Shown one piece after another: positions 1 to 12,996 of a stretch of 64,000 nucleotides of DNA (positions within the stretch are counted from its first letter, which is position 1; each line of letters opens with the position of its first letter). Made by a program: the position numbers and the translations under genes. The stretch comes from Vitrella brassicaformis CCMP3155 (taxonomy: Eukaryota; Protista; Chromerida), in NCBI GenBank assembly GCA_001179505.1, contig CDMY01000954.1:169605-233604 (forward strand). The letters are read 5' to 3'. The notes below the pieces were generated by a model. The model was given only the letters and a program-made list of their open reading frames with translations, had not been told where the DNA came from and made no database searches.

Positions 1-349
1 TGCAACCGTTGTCGACAGCGATTTTCTGACCATCATAGGGTGGCACGTGNNNNNNNNNNNNNNNNNNNNNNNNNNNNNNNNNNNNNNNNNNNNNNNNNNN
101 NNNNNNNNNNNNNNNNNNNNNNNNNNNNNNNNNNNNNNNNNNNNNNNNNNNNNNNNNNNNNNNNNNNNNNNNNNNNNNNNNNNNNNNNNNNNNNNNNNNN
201 NNNNNNNNNNNNNNNNNNNNNNNNNNNNNNNNNNNNNNNNNNNNNNNNNNNNNNNNNNNNNNNNNNNNNNNNNNNNNNNNNNNNNNNNNNNNNNNNNNNN
301 NNNNNNNNNNNNNNNNNNNNNNNNNNNNNNNNNNNNNNNNNNNNNNNNN

Positions 350-1398
350 GTGGTCAGACAGCTGTTACTCGTAGAGCCCTCTTTCAGGCACGCAAGGAGC
401 TGTTCGTGCCATCCTCTCTGTTCAATCATGCCTTTCCTCTAGCATTTCCTCGCCTACATCGTTCTTTTCCGTCTCCCTTACGTGACTGCCCGTGTGACAT
501 GGACTCGATTGTGTGTATGGCGCCATATGTGCCTGCTGCTGCGTATATACATGTGGTGCAGCAAGGGCAAGACTGGCTCCATCGCCTCATTCAGCCGTTG
601 CCGTGCTTTCCTTCCTACCCGTCACTGCCCTTTCGTAAGCGCCGTGTTCTGTTTCTTTTTCGTGTGGGCTGCTACCCTTCTGCCATCATGGATGGACGCA
701 TCCTCGGCCGGCCGCGAGAGGGTAGCGTCTGCCCGTTTTGCTCGCACAGAATTGACTTGCTCGTATCTGCCGTGAGCCTTACTGGGCAATCAATCACCCG
801 CCCTCCCATTGAGGATGAGCCTCATATTTTTGCATCCTGTCCATTGTATCGCTCTCTGCGGGACACTCTGCACACAATTGTCGGCCGGCATGGCGTGACT
901 GCCCCTGATGCCTCTAGTTATCGTCTGTGGCGCAGGTCACATCCAATTGTGTTCACTTATTGTGTGCTGCAATCGGACAAACTGCCGGTGCTTTCTGCAG
1001 CGGCCGACTTTCTTCTGTCAGCACAGGCGACACGCACTGAGGGGCTTGCCCTCAACCCATTTTTGCCAGACAGTCAGGCAGGGGAAGACGACGAGCTGCT
1101 GTACGAACAGCATATCTTAGATCAGTGGGCGCTCGACGTCGAGCTCTCTGACTAGCCTCTGGGTGTCTTGCCTATGTCTGGCTGTCATTCTCATATACCT
1201 GCAACCGTTGTCGACAGCGATTTTCTGACCATCATAGGGTGGCACGTGCGTGTCGAGTGGGTGGGTGGGATGGGGAGACAGGCCGTGTGCATGCTTCTAT
1301 GCATGTGCATGCTGCTAGTTTAGTGCGTGACCTGGACAGGATCCCCTCGGGGTTACAGACACGAGTCTCGTTAAACACAATAACCAACCAACCAAACC
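350..1398 (+). mobile_element. 3' part of a non-LTR retrotransposon (LINE): C-terminal end of ORF2 plus 3' UTR and (ACCA)n tail
   Basis: Intronless ORF open from the gap to the stop at 1155, with LFRVGC..GR..GRPREGSVCPFC...EDEPHIFASCPLYRSLR, the CCHC zinc-knuckle motif typical of LINE ORF2 C-termini. The 3' UTR ends in cgttaaacacaataaccaaccaaccaaacc, a short-repeat tail. Clade not assignable by eye. Confidence 0.8.
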
Positions 1399-2811
1399 GC
1401 CTGATCTGTGAGTCCATAGCCGCATTATTGCGAGGATGGTCGATGGAAGGGCACTTGCTTCTTCTCTTGACTATCCTCGGCATCGCCCCGGCCCTCCACG
1501 CCGCCCCAGACGACGACAGCCGCAAGTGGGCGGTGCTGCACCGGAGCGGCCTGTTCAGGCACGAGCACATCACGCGCCCAAGCGGCGGCCTGGACTTCGC
1601 ATTCTCCCTCTTCCAAGACACCGCCCTCATCCATGAGTGCCAGATCTGCCAACACGATGCCCCGGCCCTGCTGCGATTCATTTCCGACGCCGGACTGTTC
1701 CCCGCCATGGGCGACGGCACGGCAGCTACGCTGGGAAACAACGTCTGTGAGGCCCCGTTCGTCATTTGCATGAGGGATGGCAAGCAGCGGGAGGGCTACG
1801 TGNNNNNNNNNNNNNNNNNNNNNNNNNNNNNNNNNNNNNNNNNNNNNNNNNNNNNNNNNNNNNNNNNNNNNNNNNNNNNNNNNNNNNNNNNNNNNNNNNN
1901 NNNNNNNNNNNNNNNNNNNNNNNNNNNNNNNNNNNNNNNNNNNNNNNNNNNNNNNNNNNNNNNNNNNNNNNNNNNNNNNNNNNNNNNNNNNNNNNNNNNN
2001 NNNNNNNNNNNNNNNNNNNNNNNNNNNNNNNNNNNNNNNNNNNNNNNNNNNNNNNNNNNNNNNNNNNNNNNNNNNNNNNNNNNNNNNNNNNNNNNNNNNN
2101 NNAGCTGCTGTACGAACAGCATGTCTTAGATCAGTGGGCGCTCGACGTCGAGCTCTCTGACTAGCCTCTGGGTGTCTTGCCTATGTCTGGCTGTCATTCT
2201 CATATACCTGCAACCGTTGTCGACAGCGATTTTCTGACCATCATAGGGTGGCACGTGCGTGTCGAGTGGGTGGGTGGGATGGGGAGACAGGCCGTGTGCA
2301 TGCTTCTATGCATGTGCATGCTGCTAGTTTAGTGCGTGACCTGGACAGGATCCCCTCGGGGTTACAGACACGAGTCTCGTTAAACACAATAACCAACCAA
2401 CCAAACCGCCTGATCTGTGAGTCCATAGCCGCATTATTGCGAGGATGGTCGATGGAAGGGCACTTGCTTCTTCTCTTGACTATCCTCGGCATCGCCCCGG
2501 CCCTCCACGCCGCCCCAGACGACGACAGCCGCAAGTGGGCGGTGCTGCACCGGAGCGGCCTGTTCAGGCACGAGCACATCACGCGCCCAAGCGGCGGCCT
2601 GGACTTCGCATTCTCCCTCTTCCAAGACACCGCCCTCATCCATGAGTGCCAGATCTGCCAACACGATGCCCCGGCCCTGCTGCGATTCATTTCCGACGCC
2701 GGACTGTTCCCCGCCATGGGCGACGGCACGGCAGCTACGCTGGGAAACAACGTCTGTGAGGCCCCGTTCGTCATTTGCATGAGGGATGGCAAGCAGCGGG
2801 AGGGCTACGTG
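1094..2811 (+). repeat. Direct duplication 1094-1802 / 2103-2811 (offset 1009) across a 300-N gap; includes the first 360 nt of the LRR receptor CDS (1443-1802)
   Basis: About 709 bp match with one mismatch seen. The first copy stops exactly at the gap and the second starts exactly at it, which suggests an unmerged contig overlap. Confidence 0.85.
2103..2407 (+). mobile_element. Second copy of the LINE ORF end, 3' UTR and tail
   Basis: Matches 1094-1398 except one substitution (A1114 vs G2123). Bases 1-49 also match 1200-1248. Confidence 0.7.
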
Positions 2812-5800
2812 TTGTCGATTGTGGGGTCGACAGAGTTCCGCGACGTGTCTGGTGTCCCTGAGTGGCTGAGGCAGCGCACCGACCGCCGGCTGCCGCTGCC
2901 CGCAGCGCTGTATGAGCTGAGGGCTGTGTGGGTGCTATGGCTGAAGGAGGTGCCTTTCGCTGGCCATCTCGACGACCGGATCGGCAACATGACCTCCCTG
3001 CAAGCCATCGACCTCGACCTGGTCAGCTTAGGCAAGAGAGAGAAAGTGCCAGACTGGCCCCCATGCGCTTCCCGTGATTGACTGATTGGTGTTCTGAATG
3101 TGATGTGCGTGCAGACGGACCTCTCTGGCCCGGTGCCTGCGTCGATCGGCTCCCTTGATTCGTTGCGGGCTCTGCACCTGCGCGGCCAGCCATACGCGGA
3201 CGCACCGTCTTTCGAGGGCTCTCTGCCCCCATCCATTCTGTCGCTGTCGAACCTGGAGCTGCTCGTGCTGTCACGCACACGTCTACATGGCTTCCTGCCC
3301 GCCGACATCGGCCGTCTACAGAAGCTGCGGATCCTGTCGATAGAGCAGTCGGGCCTGCTGGCGATGGACGGCGTGCTGCCGGCGAGTGTGGCCGAGTGCC
3401 GGAACCTGACCTACCTGAAGCTGCAAGACATGATGATCGAGGGTGACTTGCCGGAGCATTTGGCCAATCTGACCCAGCTGCAGGTGCTCAACCTCGCCAA
3501 GAACCGCCTGACGGGCCCGCTGCCGAGGTTTCTGCTGGGGTTGCGCGAGCTGCGGCAGCTGCTGTTTTACAAGAATCGGCTGGAAGGGGAGCTGCCGGAG
3601 GGGCTGGGGTCGACCACACCGCACCTGCTGTACCTCTCACTATATGACAACAGGGTAGGTGAGGCAGACAGGCAGGCAGACAGGCAGGCACTCAGGGACG
3701 TAGTGGCTGCCACGCACTTTCCTGCCTGTCCCTGTGGACCGTGTCAGCTCTACGGTCGGCTTCCCTCGTCTCTCGGGTTGATGCCAGACTTGCGCAGGCT
3801 AGACGTCTACCGCCAGGCGGGTCCGGGCATGTCGGGCCCCATCCCGCCGTCCCTCGGCAACTGCACCAGTCTCCGCACCCTCACACTCCACCGCAACCGG
3901 TTCGAGGGCCCGCTACCAGAGTCCTTCTCACAGCTCAGGTTGCTGGAGCTCCTCAAGATCGAGAGGAACGACTTCAACGGTACACTCGCACCTTTGGCTC
4001 CCCTGAACCGGCTGCAGCACCTGACATTCGGCCGGAACGGCTTCGAGGGCGCGATGCCGGCGGAGATGGGCCTCTTCACCGACCTGCAGGAGCTCGATGG
4101 GCGGGACAACAAGCTGACGGCGCTGCCGCCGTCGGTCAGTGGATGGACGCGGCTGAAAGTGCTCAACTTGGACGATAACCAGATTGAGGGCATCGCACCG
4201 TCCTTCAGGGGGGCACTGTCGCTGCACACTCTCCTGCTCAAAGGCAACCTCATCGAGGGATTCGCAGACAACGGCACCATGCCGGACAGGTATGTATGTC
4301 TACCTCGGCAGGCACATAGCACAAACACGGACCCATGCGTGTGGTTTGTGTGTTGACTGACTGACAGGCTTGAGAAGCTGAATCTGGCGTCGAATGCGTT
4401 GCGTGCTGTGCCTGAGGGAATGCACACCATGCCGGCATTGGAGGTGCTGAACATGGCTGACAACAAGATCGACAGCGAGGGCTGGCCAAAGTGGGGACGG
4501 ACGCCGCCCAACGGATGCTCGCGAGAGAAAGGTACGTACGTCGGCGATGGGATGGGAGTGGCGAGCCGGACTACAGCTTACTGCACGATTTGCATCGCGT
4601 GTCTGTGTTGTGTGTTCAGTGTCGCCACGCACCGCCCGCGCACTCTTGACCCTCCCTGCGGGGCCCAACTGGCCTGTCCTGCGATGGGTGAGGGACAAAG
4701 ACACCGATCATTGGCATGAGAGAGAGAGATGTACACACCTGCTTGTTTCCATCCACTTCCTTTTTTCAGATCAAATTGTCGGGCAATCCTCTCGTTGTGG
4801 ACATCATGGACTTCCTGCAGCCCTTCAGGAACCTGACCAACCTGATGTCCATCCGATGCGACGGCTGTCAGCTGTCGGGCGCGCTCGACTGCGAGTCCCT
4901 CTCCTACTACGACAGGACCGCCCTGGAGCGATACGCCAGCATCGAACACACGTCTATAGCATCCCACCCAGAGGCGCGAGACGGCTTCAAGGCACTCACG
5001 CGGCTGTACCTGGCCAACAACTCCCTCACGGATTTGCATCGCTTCGACTTGGACAACCTGGTTGTGGCCGATTTCCACGCCAATGGGCTGCGTCACGTGC
5101 ACGAGGGCTGGCTCAAGAAGGTGGACATCAACCTACTGGCCAACCCGGACCTCAGCCTGGCGCAATACATACCACAGAGGCTCGTCGATCAGATAGAGGT
5201 GTGCTCGTGAGTGAGAGGCAGCGGAATCGACGGCGAGGGGTCATTTTGATCCGGTTTGTGCGTGCGTGTGTGTATATCAGGACTGTGGGCAGGTGAAGCA
5301 GCTTGGGTCCATCAGCAGGGCGGCGCTCATTCCCAATCCCGCGGCCTACGTGCAGCAGCAGGGCGGCCAAGACCCGGCCATCCCCGACCACGAGTGCACC
5401 ATTTTCTGCAACACATGGGTGCGAGTCAACGCCAGCGTGTCAGAGGAACATCTTTGCCGGTCAGTGAGTCGGAGGGGTAGGGACAGCCCCCCAAAGAGCA
5501 CGAGAGCGGAAAGCAGCTCTGTCAGTCAATGTGCGCGTCTCGTCTTCTGGTCAGTTGTCTGCCTGGGTGGCACGGCGTGGGCCGGTCGTGTGGCTTGTGT
5601 CCCGCCATGACCTTCTCCAACCCAGATGTGGGCACCAGAACTTGCACACGATGCCCTGACGGCGCAGGTACGTACGGCCGAAACACGACCGACAAATGGG
5701 GTCGGGTCGTATACGCTGCATGCACTGATGTATATATTGTTTGTTGTGTGTTTGTGGCTGGCTAGAATCGATTGAGGGCGCGGAGAGCTGCCACTGCCGG

Positions 5801-8800
5801 CTGGGGTACGAGCTGACCAAAGATGGCACCTGCGTCCCATGCACCTCTGGTGAGTCAGCCAAGCAAGGCAAGATACATACGAATGTGAGAAGGTCAGTCA
5901 GTGTCTGTCTCATGGACCCCTTCTGTCTGTCGGGCACTGCACTGCCTTACTTGTAGGTTACTTCGGTGTCCGCAAGCGGGGCGGCATGGCGGTGTGCGAG
6001 CGCTGCGGTGCCCGCTTCTTCATGTCGGCCAACGCCACTACCGAGAGGAGCGAGTGCTACTGCATGGCCAACTACATCCTCAACAAGGAGTCGGACTCGT
6101 GCGACGACTGTGCCACAGCGGCCCCAGGCATCGACTGCCGCCATGAGACCAAGATGCGACCCATCGCCTCGCCCGGCAAGTACCAGCTGACGGTGCGGCT
6201 GCCCTGGCAGCAGGTGCCCTTCAAGTTCATCAACATGACGGCTCTGCCTGACGAGGAGCAGCTGGTGGAGATGAACTCCTACGAGGCCAACGTGACGGCG
6301 TTGCCCGTGGCCGTCGACTGCCGGTTTAAGGATGCTTGCCACGGCACCGACATGACCACCGGGCTGAACCGGTGTCGAGAGGGCCACGAGGGATTTGCGT
6401 GTGGGATTTGCAAGGCTGGGTATGCCCGGCACAACGAGTTCCAGCAGTGCAACGCCTGTCCGTCGCTTGCATCTAACGTCGGCCTCAACATCGTCCTTTT
6501 TGTGCTCGCACTGGCCGCCATCGGGGGGCTCACCATGCTGGCAAAGAGGTGAGTGAGCAATGACTCTCACACAGTGGCCGTCGTCTGGCTGACTCTCTAT
6601 TTCTCTGTCTGTCTGTCTGTCTGTGTGCCACTCACAGGGCGTCGGCTCTGTCCCGTGCCAACATCACAACGATGCTGATCAAGATCGGCATGAACCACTG
6701 CACCTCCCTCAGCGGCGTGGCGCTCGTCGGCTACCACCAGGCCTACGACTGGCCACATTGGCTCGCCTCCTCGTTCCACCAGGTCTTCGTCTATGACGGT
6801 GGCATTCCGCTTCAGGCATACACGGCCTGGGAGTGCCTTCTCCGCCCGTCATTCGGCGAGATGGCCGGCGTGTGGCGACACGCGGTCTGGATCGGGCTGC
6901 CACTCATGTGGCTCTTCGTCCTGCCGCTGCTGGGGGCGGGCTCGCGGTGCATCATTGAGGCCATCCTGGCATGGGTGCGAGGGAGGAGAAAGAGCAACGC
7001 GGCCGCCGCCAAGTCAGATGATCCATGTGAAGATGACGCCGATGAGAAGTCAACGGCCAGTGACTCCCCTGTGGATGCGCCTCGCGTCGAGAACAACCGC
7101 GGCTTGTCGTCGCGGCAGTCGACGGACGTGACGATCGACATGGGCACTGCCGACGACGGCGTCCCGTGGACGACCAGCGAGGTCACCACTGCCCTGCCGG
7201 ACGCAGAGGCACCGACAAGAGGAGCCAACGACATGGCCAGACCAGGAGCGGAGAGTGGTGGTGGTGGTGGTGGTAGTGGTGGAGGGAGGCGGCAGGCCAG
7301 CAAGTGCTCACTGTGGCGTTTCCTGGACACGCGTGCGCCCTTTCTGATCGTCACTTTGACGCTGATCCACCCGACGGTGACGCGCAACATGCTGGTGCTT
7401 CTCCGCTGCCAGTCGTACCCCTATGTGCCGGAGAAGTATACGCGCGACGACTACCCCCTGCATGAACACGCCAAGCCCGTCAGCTCTCATCGGCTGCTGC
7501 TGAATCCCAACCTGCTGTGCTGGCGACTTGGATCCCAGCACGGGACCTTTCTGGTCATGGGCGTCGTGGGACTAGCTGTGTGGAGCCTGGCGCCGGTAGC
7601 GATCGGCCTGGTGTTGCTGTGGAGGGCACACGGGGAGCTGCATCGACCGACCTACAGGGAGAGATACGGATTCCTTTACAAGTGAGTACTGGCCGGATGG
7701 GCTGGCTGGTAGGATCGCGTCAGGGCATCCTGTGTGCTTGTATGTGTGTTTGTGTATGGGTGCGTGTGTATGTGGTGCAGTGGGTACCGTCGATTCTACT
7801 TCTACTGGGACGGAATCTTCGCCTTCCGTCGCCTGTTCGTGCTGGTCATCGCCCATTCGTTGGTGGGTCAGGCCCTGCTGCAGTTGGTGGGCTGGAGCGT
7901 CATAGCGGTGCTGTCGCTGATCATCCAGTACGCCGTCCAGCCCTTCGACTACCGATACCTCAACGTTCTCAACAGAATGGAGAAACAGTCGCTGGTCGTC
8001 TGGATCTTCTCCCTGATTTTGATCCTGTTCGTGGTCGTGTTGGGGACCGTCTTTTCGGGTAGCGTTAAGCACCTGATCAGCATCGTCCTGGTCTCGGCGG
8101 CAGCGTTGATCAACATCTGCCACCTCTGCCACCTCCTGCTGCTCATCATCCACCACGGCGTCACACAGGCCACCTACAAATATGCCGTGCAGAAGGAGGA
8201 GTCCGGCAAAGGTCAGCCAGCACAACCCGGCGGCCCTTCGTGTCATCGATATCCATGCATATTTTCTCTCTGTCTGCCGTGTTTGTAGGGTGGATCAGCA
8301 AGCTGATCCTGGCGTACATGGCTCCGTTGGCGTCATGGCAGCTGCAGCGAGAAAATGCTCGCCGCAAGGCGCTCCCCAAGGTCTTCTTCTCGCCTGGGTC
8401 CGTTCCCGAGATCGATTTCGAGGACAAAGACGACCCCCCCGACTCACCCTCACAGGCCCCCACCAACGACCCCGCCCCACCGTCGCCCTCCACCACGAGC
8501 CTCTTCCGCAAAGTGGGCATACGAAAGGCCGCATTCTCTGATTCCCCGGCGGCGGGCGATGGCTGGCAGTCGGCCACGCCAGTGAGGCGGAAACGGTCGC
8601 TTGTGAGGTCGCGCTCGCGTTGGTCTCGGTCTCGTAGTCGGCGTCATTTGGGGCCGACGTGGCAGGTGCCGACGATCAAGAAGGGCACTCAGGTCATTGA
8701 GGTGACGGCGCAGGCCATGTCCGAGGCGGTGGAGCTGCTGGGGCTGACGCAAGTGCCGGCCGACTTCCTAGAATTCCTGTGGACGTCGGCATTTGTGGTG

Positions 8801-10503
8801 CATCAAACGCGGTTCAAGCGCAGGGGCGAGGAGCTGGTGGTGCTGCCCAAACCTGATGCTACCAGCAAAACGGTCGGTCGGTGGGCAGATAAACACTCTG
8901 TCAGCCCGTGTGTGTGTGTGTGTGTGTGTGTGTATGCCCATGCATCACGTCTCTCCTTGGTGGTGTGTCGGTTTGGTTAGGGGCTGCATCGGATGACGAC
9001 AACGGACCTCAGCCATTCGTTCCGCAGCTTCCACCACGGAGGCTCCTTTATCCTTGACGACGGCGACGAGGACCAAAACACGGCTGCCGACGACGGCGAT
9101 GATGACGATACTGATGCGGATGCCGATGGATGGGAGCCCATAGGCAGGCGGACAGAGAGGTCGGCCACCGGCGACCTGTCGCCTCGCGGGCTCTCATCGG
9201 CTGCCACATGCGATGATGACGCATTCGACCTCCTTGAGGCGCCAGCTGCCGACAGGCTGAGCGCTTCAGGCGGACACGAAGGTCAGCCGATGTCGCACGT
9301 CGCTTTCTCCGACTCGCCTAAACACGCCCGCCCGATGTGTGTGACTCAAACAGATGGCGCCGATACTTTCGGCCTCGCTAGTGAGCCCGAGGGGGGGAGG
9401 GAGAGGGATTCTCGGCGGCCGAGGAGGGTGGGCACGCGGCTGCCCTTTCAGTCAATCGCAAGCTTCGGGCGGCTCAGCACCAGCGAGAGGTCCGTATATG
9501 TTGCTGCATTCCTCCGATTCAAGACACACGAGCCGACCCATGTCTGTCTGTGTGGATGTCTGTGTGGCTGAATCTGTGCAGCATGGTGTGGGATTCGTCA
9601 TCAGGCCGGAGCCTGGCTCTGCCGGACTTCCAGGTGGGTGATACATGGCCTTCACACACGACTGACTGTCTCATCGGGGCTGACCTGAGTGCCCCCTTTG
9701 TCGCGTGTGTCCTGATGTCAGATGAACCTGAGCTACGTGATTGACGCGCTCGTGACTCGGGAGCACCAGCACCAGGACCGGCTGGCGGCAGGCGGCAGTG
9801 GCGGTAGTGACGGCAAGGGAGACAAGGCGGGTCACACGGGCGGCTGGAGAGACATGTACGAGTCCTTCCGCAGAGCAAAGCGAAGCCTTATCGAGGCCGA
9901 CACCGCACCGGTGAGGACGGAGAAACTCGCGCAGACAGCAGAACACATCACATCACATCAATCGTGTGTGTCTCTGTCGGTTCCATGTATGTTATGTGTG
10001 TGCAGGAGAATGTTCCCTTGGCTCTCGTGAGCTGGGCCTCTTCGGTCGAGTCGACAGCCGGGGACTCGGCCAAACTTCACCCGACGGCCACCAGTGCCAA
10101 TGCTGACGTCGATGCCGGCCACGAGTCGTGCACCGTCAGCCGCAAGACCTCCGAGGACAGCTCTCGGCCAGCAGACGTGCCGGCAGAGTACGCCGACGCA
10201 CAGCAGAGGCAGCTGATGGTCAGGTCTTGGTCGATGCCCTGCCCATCAACGTCCATGCGGGCTCACGACGATGGGGAGAGGCGTCTGGAGAGGTCTATTG
10301 CGGAGCCGCCGGTGGATGGCCGGCCGCCTCCTTTGGTGCCTGAGGCGGCTTATGCCGAGGAGGAAGAGAGGCTGTTCCGGTTTATAGATGACTTTTACGA
10401 TAGCATTCCTGCCTTCGTGAGCACCCCTGCCTTCGTGAGCAGCTGTGGTGATGTTCGGACGCATGTGCGTGCAATGCCGCTGCCACCGGGTGACCTGTCA
10501 TGA
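2452..10503 (+). CDS. Multi-exon receptor-like membrane protein: signal peptide, roughly 20 plant-type LRRs, Cys-rich repeats, about 9 TM segments, long cytoplasmic tail
   Basis: Signal peptide MEGHLLLLLTILGIAPALHA. LRRs such as LTQLQVLNLAKNRLTGPLP and NCTSLRTLTLHRNRFEGPLPESFSQL. Cys-rich CERCGARF..SECYC and CREGHEGFACGICKAGY. TM region with RYGFLY-GYRRFYFYWDGIFAFRRLF and QPF motifs. Arg/Ser-rich and acidic tail. GT/AG junctions found between ORF pieces; the last exon is uncertain. Confidence 0.85.
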
Positions 10504-12996
10504 CTGACGTCTGTCTGTTGTAGTGTGCGGACGTCACTGTCTTCCTGTCTATGAGTCGTTGTGCCGTGGCGCGTTGCTCGGTTGGCGCGTCGTGGTGTGT
10601 TCGATGGGCGCATCGCAAGGAGATTGTGATGGTCGCGTGAGGCGTGCGGGTCTTGTTGGTGTGGTGTGGGAGAGGTGGGGCGGGGGCAGCTGTTCGTTAG
10701 TAAGGGGGGCTTGGCCGGGCCGTAGTGTGTGCTGTGCGATGCGCTGCTGGTTTTTTTGGCGCCAGGCACGTCTTATGGATGTACTCGTCTGTCTGTCTGT
10801 GTGTCTATGTGATCTCTGTTGTGTTCGCTCATCGGCAATGGTCGATGAAGTTACTGTCTGCCTTCCTGCCTGCCTTGTTTGACTGTCTGTCTGTCTGTCT
10901 GTTGTTCATCTGTTTGTCTGCCTGTGTGAGTCCATTGCTTGCTGTGGTTCCGTGTGGTGGTGTGCAGCTGTCTGGCTGTGTGTTGCTGGGCAGCCTCACT
11001 GATTGCGGGCAATGACGACTGCGTCTTTGTGTTTTGGGATGATCAGATGTCTGCGGAGCGTACCTGTCTGCCTGCCTGCCTGCCTGGATGGCCATGGCTG
11101 TCTGTATGGATTCCGTACGTACCGACGTTAGAAAGACAATGCCTGCATACACACGTACATACATACAGGTACGTTAGGTACACACATTACCTTACCGTGT
11201 GCAGGTAAGGTTTTTTTTGTTTTTTTCGCTCCGATCGCTGCCTCCCTCCCTGTCCGCCTGCATGCTTCCCTGCCTGTCCGCCTGCATGCCTTGTCACAGG
11301 TACCTACCTGCCTGCATGTACATGTATCGCACTGAGGTCTTGGCTCCCCTGCCTCATTTCTTGCCTGACTGCCTGCTTGTCTGTGGACCCACACACAAGC
11401 GGGCTTCTTTTTTACCCCTCTGTATGCTGTCTGTCCGTGTGTTTACTTGTGCAGTGAGTGAGTGCCCTGGCTGTCTTTCCGGGTGGCTGGCGACAGAAAA
11501 TGCAATGCTTCACATTGATCGCACCGGTTTTCGTCCCACTCGCTATCGTCGCTGTTATCGCTCCTTGGTTATCGCACTCTCCTGGTGCGCTCCTGCATCC
11601 TTTGCATGTCCCACCCACCTACCTGGCTTTTTCGGCATTCATCCACTCACTCATGATGATCACGCTGGCTGATCTTTTCTGTGGCTGTGGGTGCGTGCAA
11701 GTGTGTGTGTGTTTAGTGCTCTTTTTGCCTGATGATCCATCCATGCATGCAGTCAGTGTGACATTATTATCTCATGCTCCCGCCTGCAGTCCAGCCAGTC
11801 AGCCACAGACCAGCAATGCTCCACATATCCCTTCTCTCATCCAGCCAGCCAGCCAGCCAGCCATCCATGAGTGCCGCGTTTTGTGTCAATTTGGTCGGTC
11901 GCCATTTTGGTTGGGCTCTTTTATTTATCTGACAATGAAGGCTTCAAACTGGCAAGGCTTTTTGCCCCATCCCTCTCGGTGTTTGTGTATGCGTGCATGT
12001 GCGGGAGGGTGGATGCGTGGCTGGGGGTGTGGGTCATCCATCTGGTGTATTTTATGACCTCAGCTCATACCCGTCCGTCTGTCTGTCTGTCTGTCCGTCT
12101 GTCTGTTTTCGTGTTGTTGTATCTATCTGGCGGCCGCAGGCAGGGCGAGCCCATCATGTAAGCCAGTCAGTCAGCCAAGTCAGGTCACCAACCACATACA
12201 TCCACCCACACACACACGCACACATGCACCCATCCATACATGTGTGGATGGGGGAGGGAGAGGGCAGGCAGGCCACGGCTAGTGAGTCGAGTGGTTCGGT
12301 TCGTTCCCCTTCCTCTCTCTCTCTCTCTCTCCTCTTGTGGATTGAGGTGGGACGCCTGCAAATATACACTAGCCATCACATAAACGATAGCCGCCGGGAT
12401 TATTATTTTTCTGCCTTCCAGAATTTTTGCTGCTGCATCCTAAGCGTACCGCTCTCTCGCTCACTACACTACCCCTCCGTCTCGCTCTATTTCTCTGTCT
12501 GTGTCCTTCTCTGACCGATCATATCCGACTTCCTCACTCATATATCAATCACATCTCGCCAAGTCTCGCGTTCTTCCTCTCTGCCCCGCTCGCTTGTCAT
12601 GTCTTTTTGGATCGTCGCTCATTCACTGACTTATTCATAGATCTACAGAGACATAAGTCAGTGAGCTGACCAGTGAGTGGGTGAGAGAGAGTTGGTTCTG
12701 TTCAGTCCATTCCATTCCATTCCTGCAATGCACAGGACGTTGGTTGGTTGGTTGGTCGGTTGTCATGGGATGGATGACGTGACGGAGCGGGACAATTGAG
12801 CAACACTACGCTACACTATATACCTTCATGTACTCCACTCGATCCACTCGACTCGATGCACTGCACTGCACTCCATCCATCGACCAGTGTGTGTATGCTG
12901 GAACGAACATGCAAACCATGCAGTCAATTCAGATTATTGAATACAACGACATTCACTCAGGGATGTGTCCAACAAACTTGCAAAAGGTGCTGACGA

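Noticed and set aside
1-2811. Apparent tandem array of LINE plus LRR 5' end (three partial copies)
   Set aside because: Copies start and stop exactly at 300-N placeholder gaps and differ at one base seen, so unmerged overlapping contigs or haplotypes are more likely than a real array. Long reads are needed to decide.
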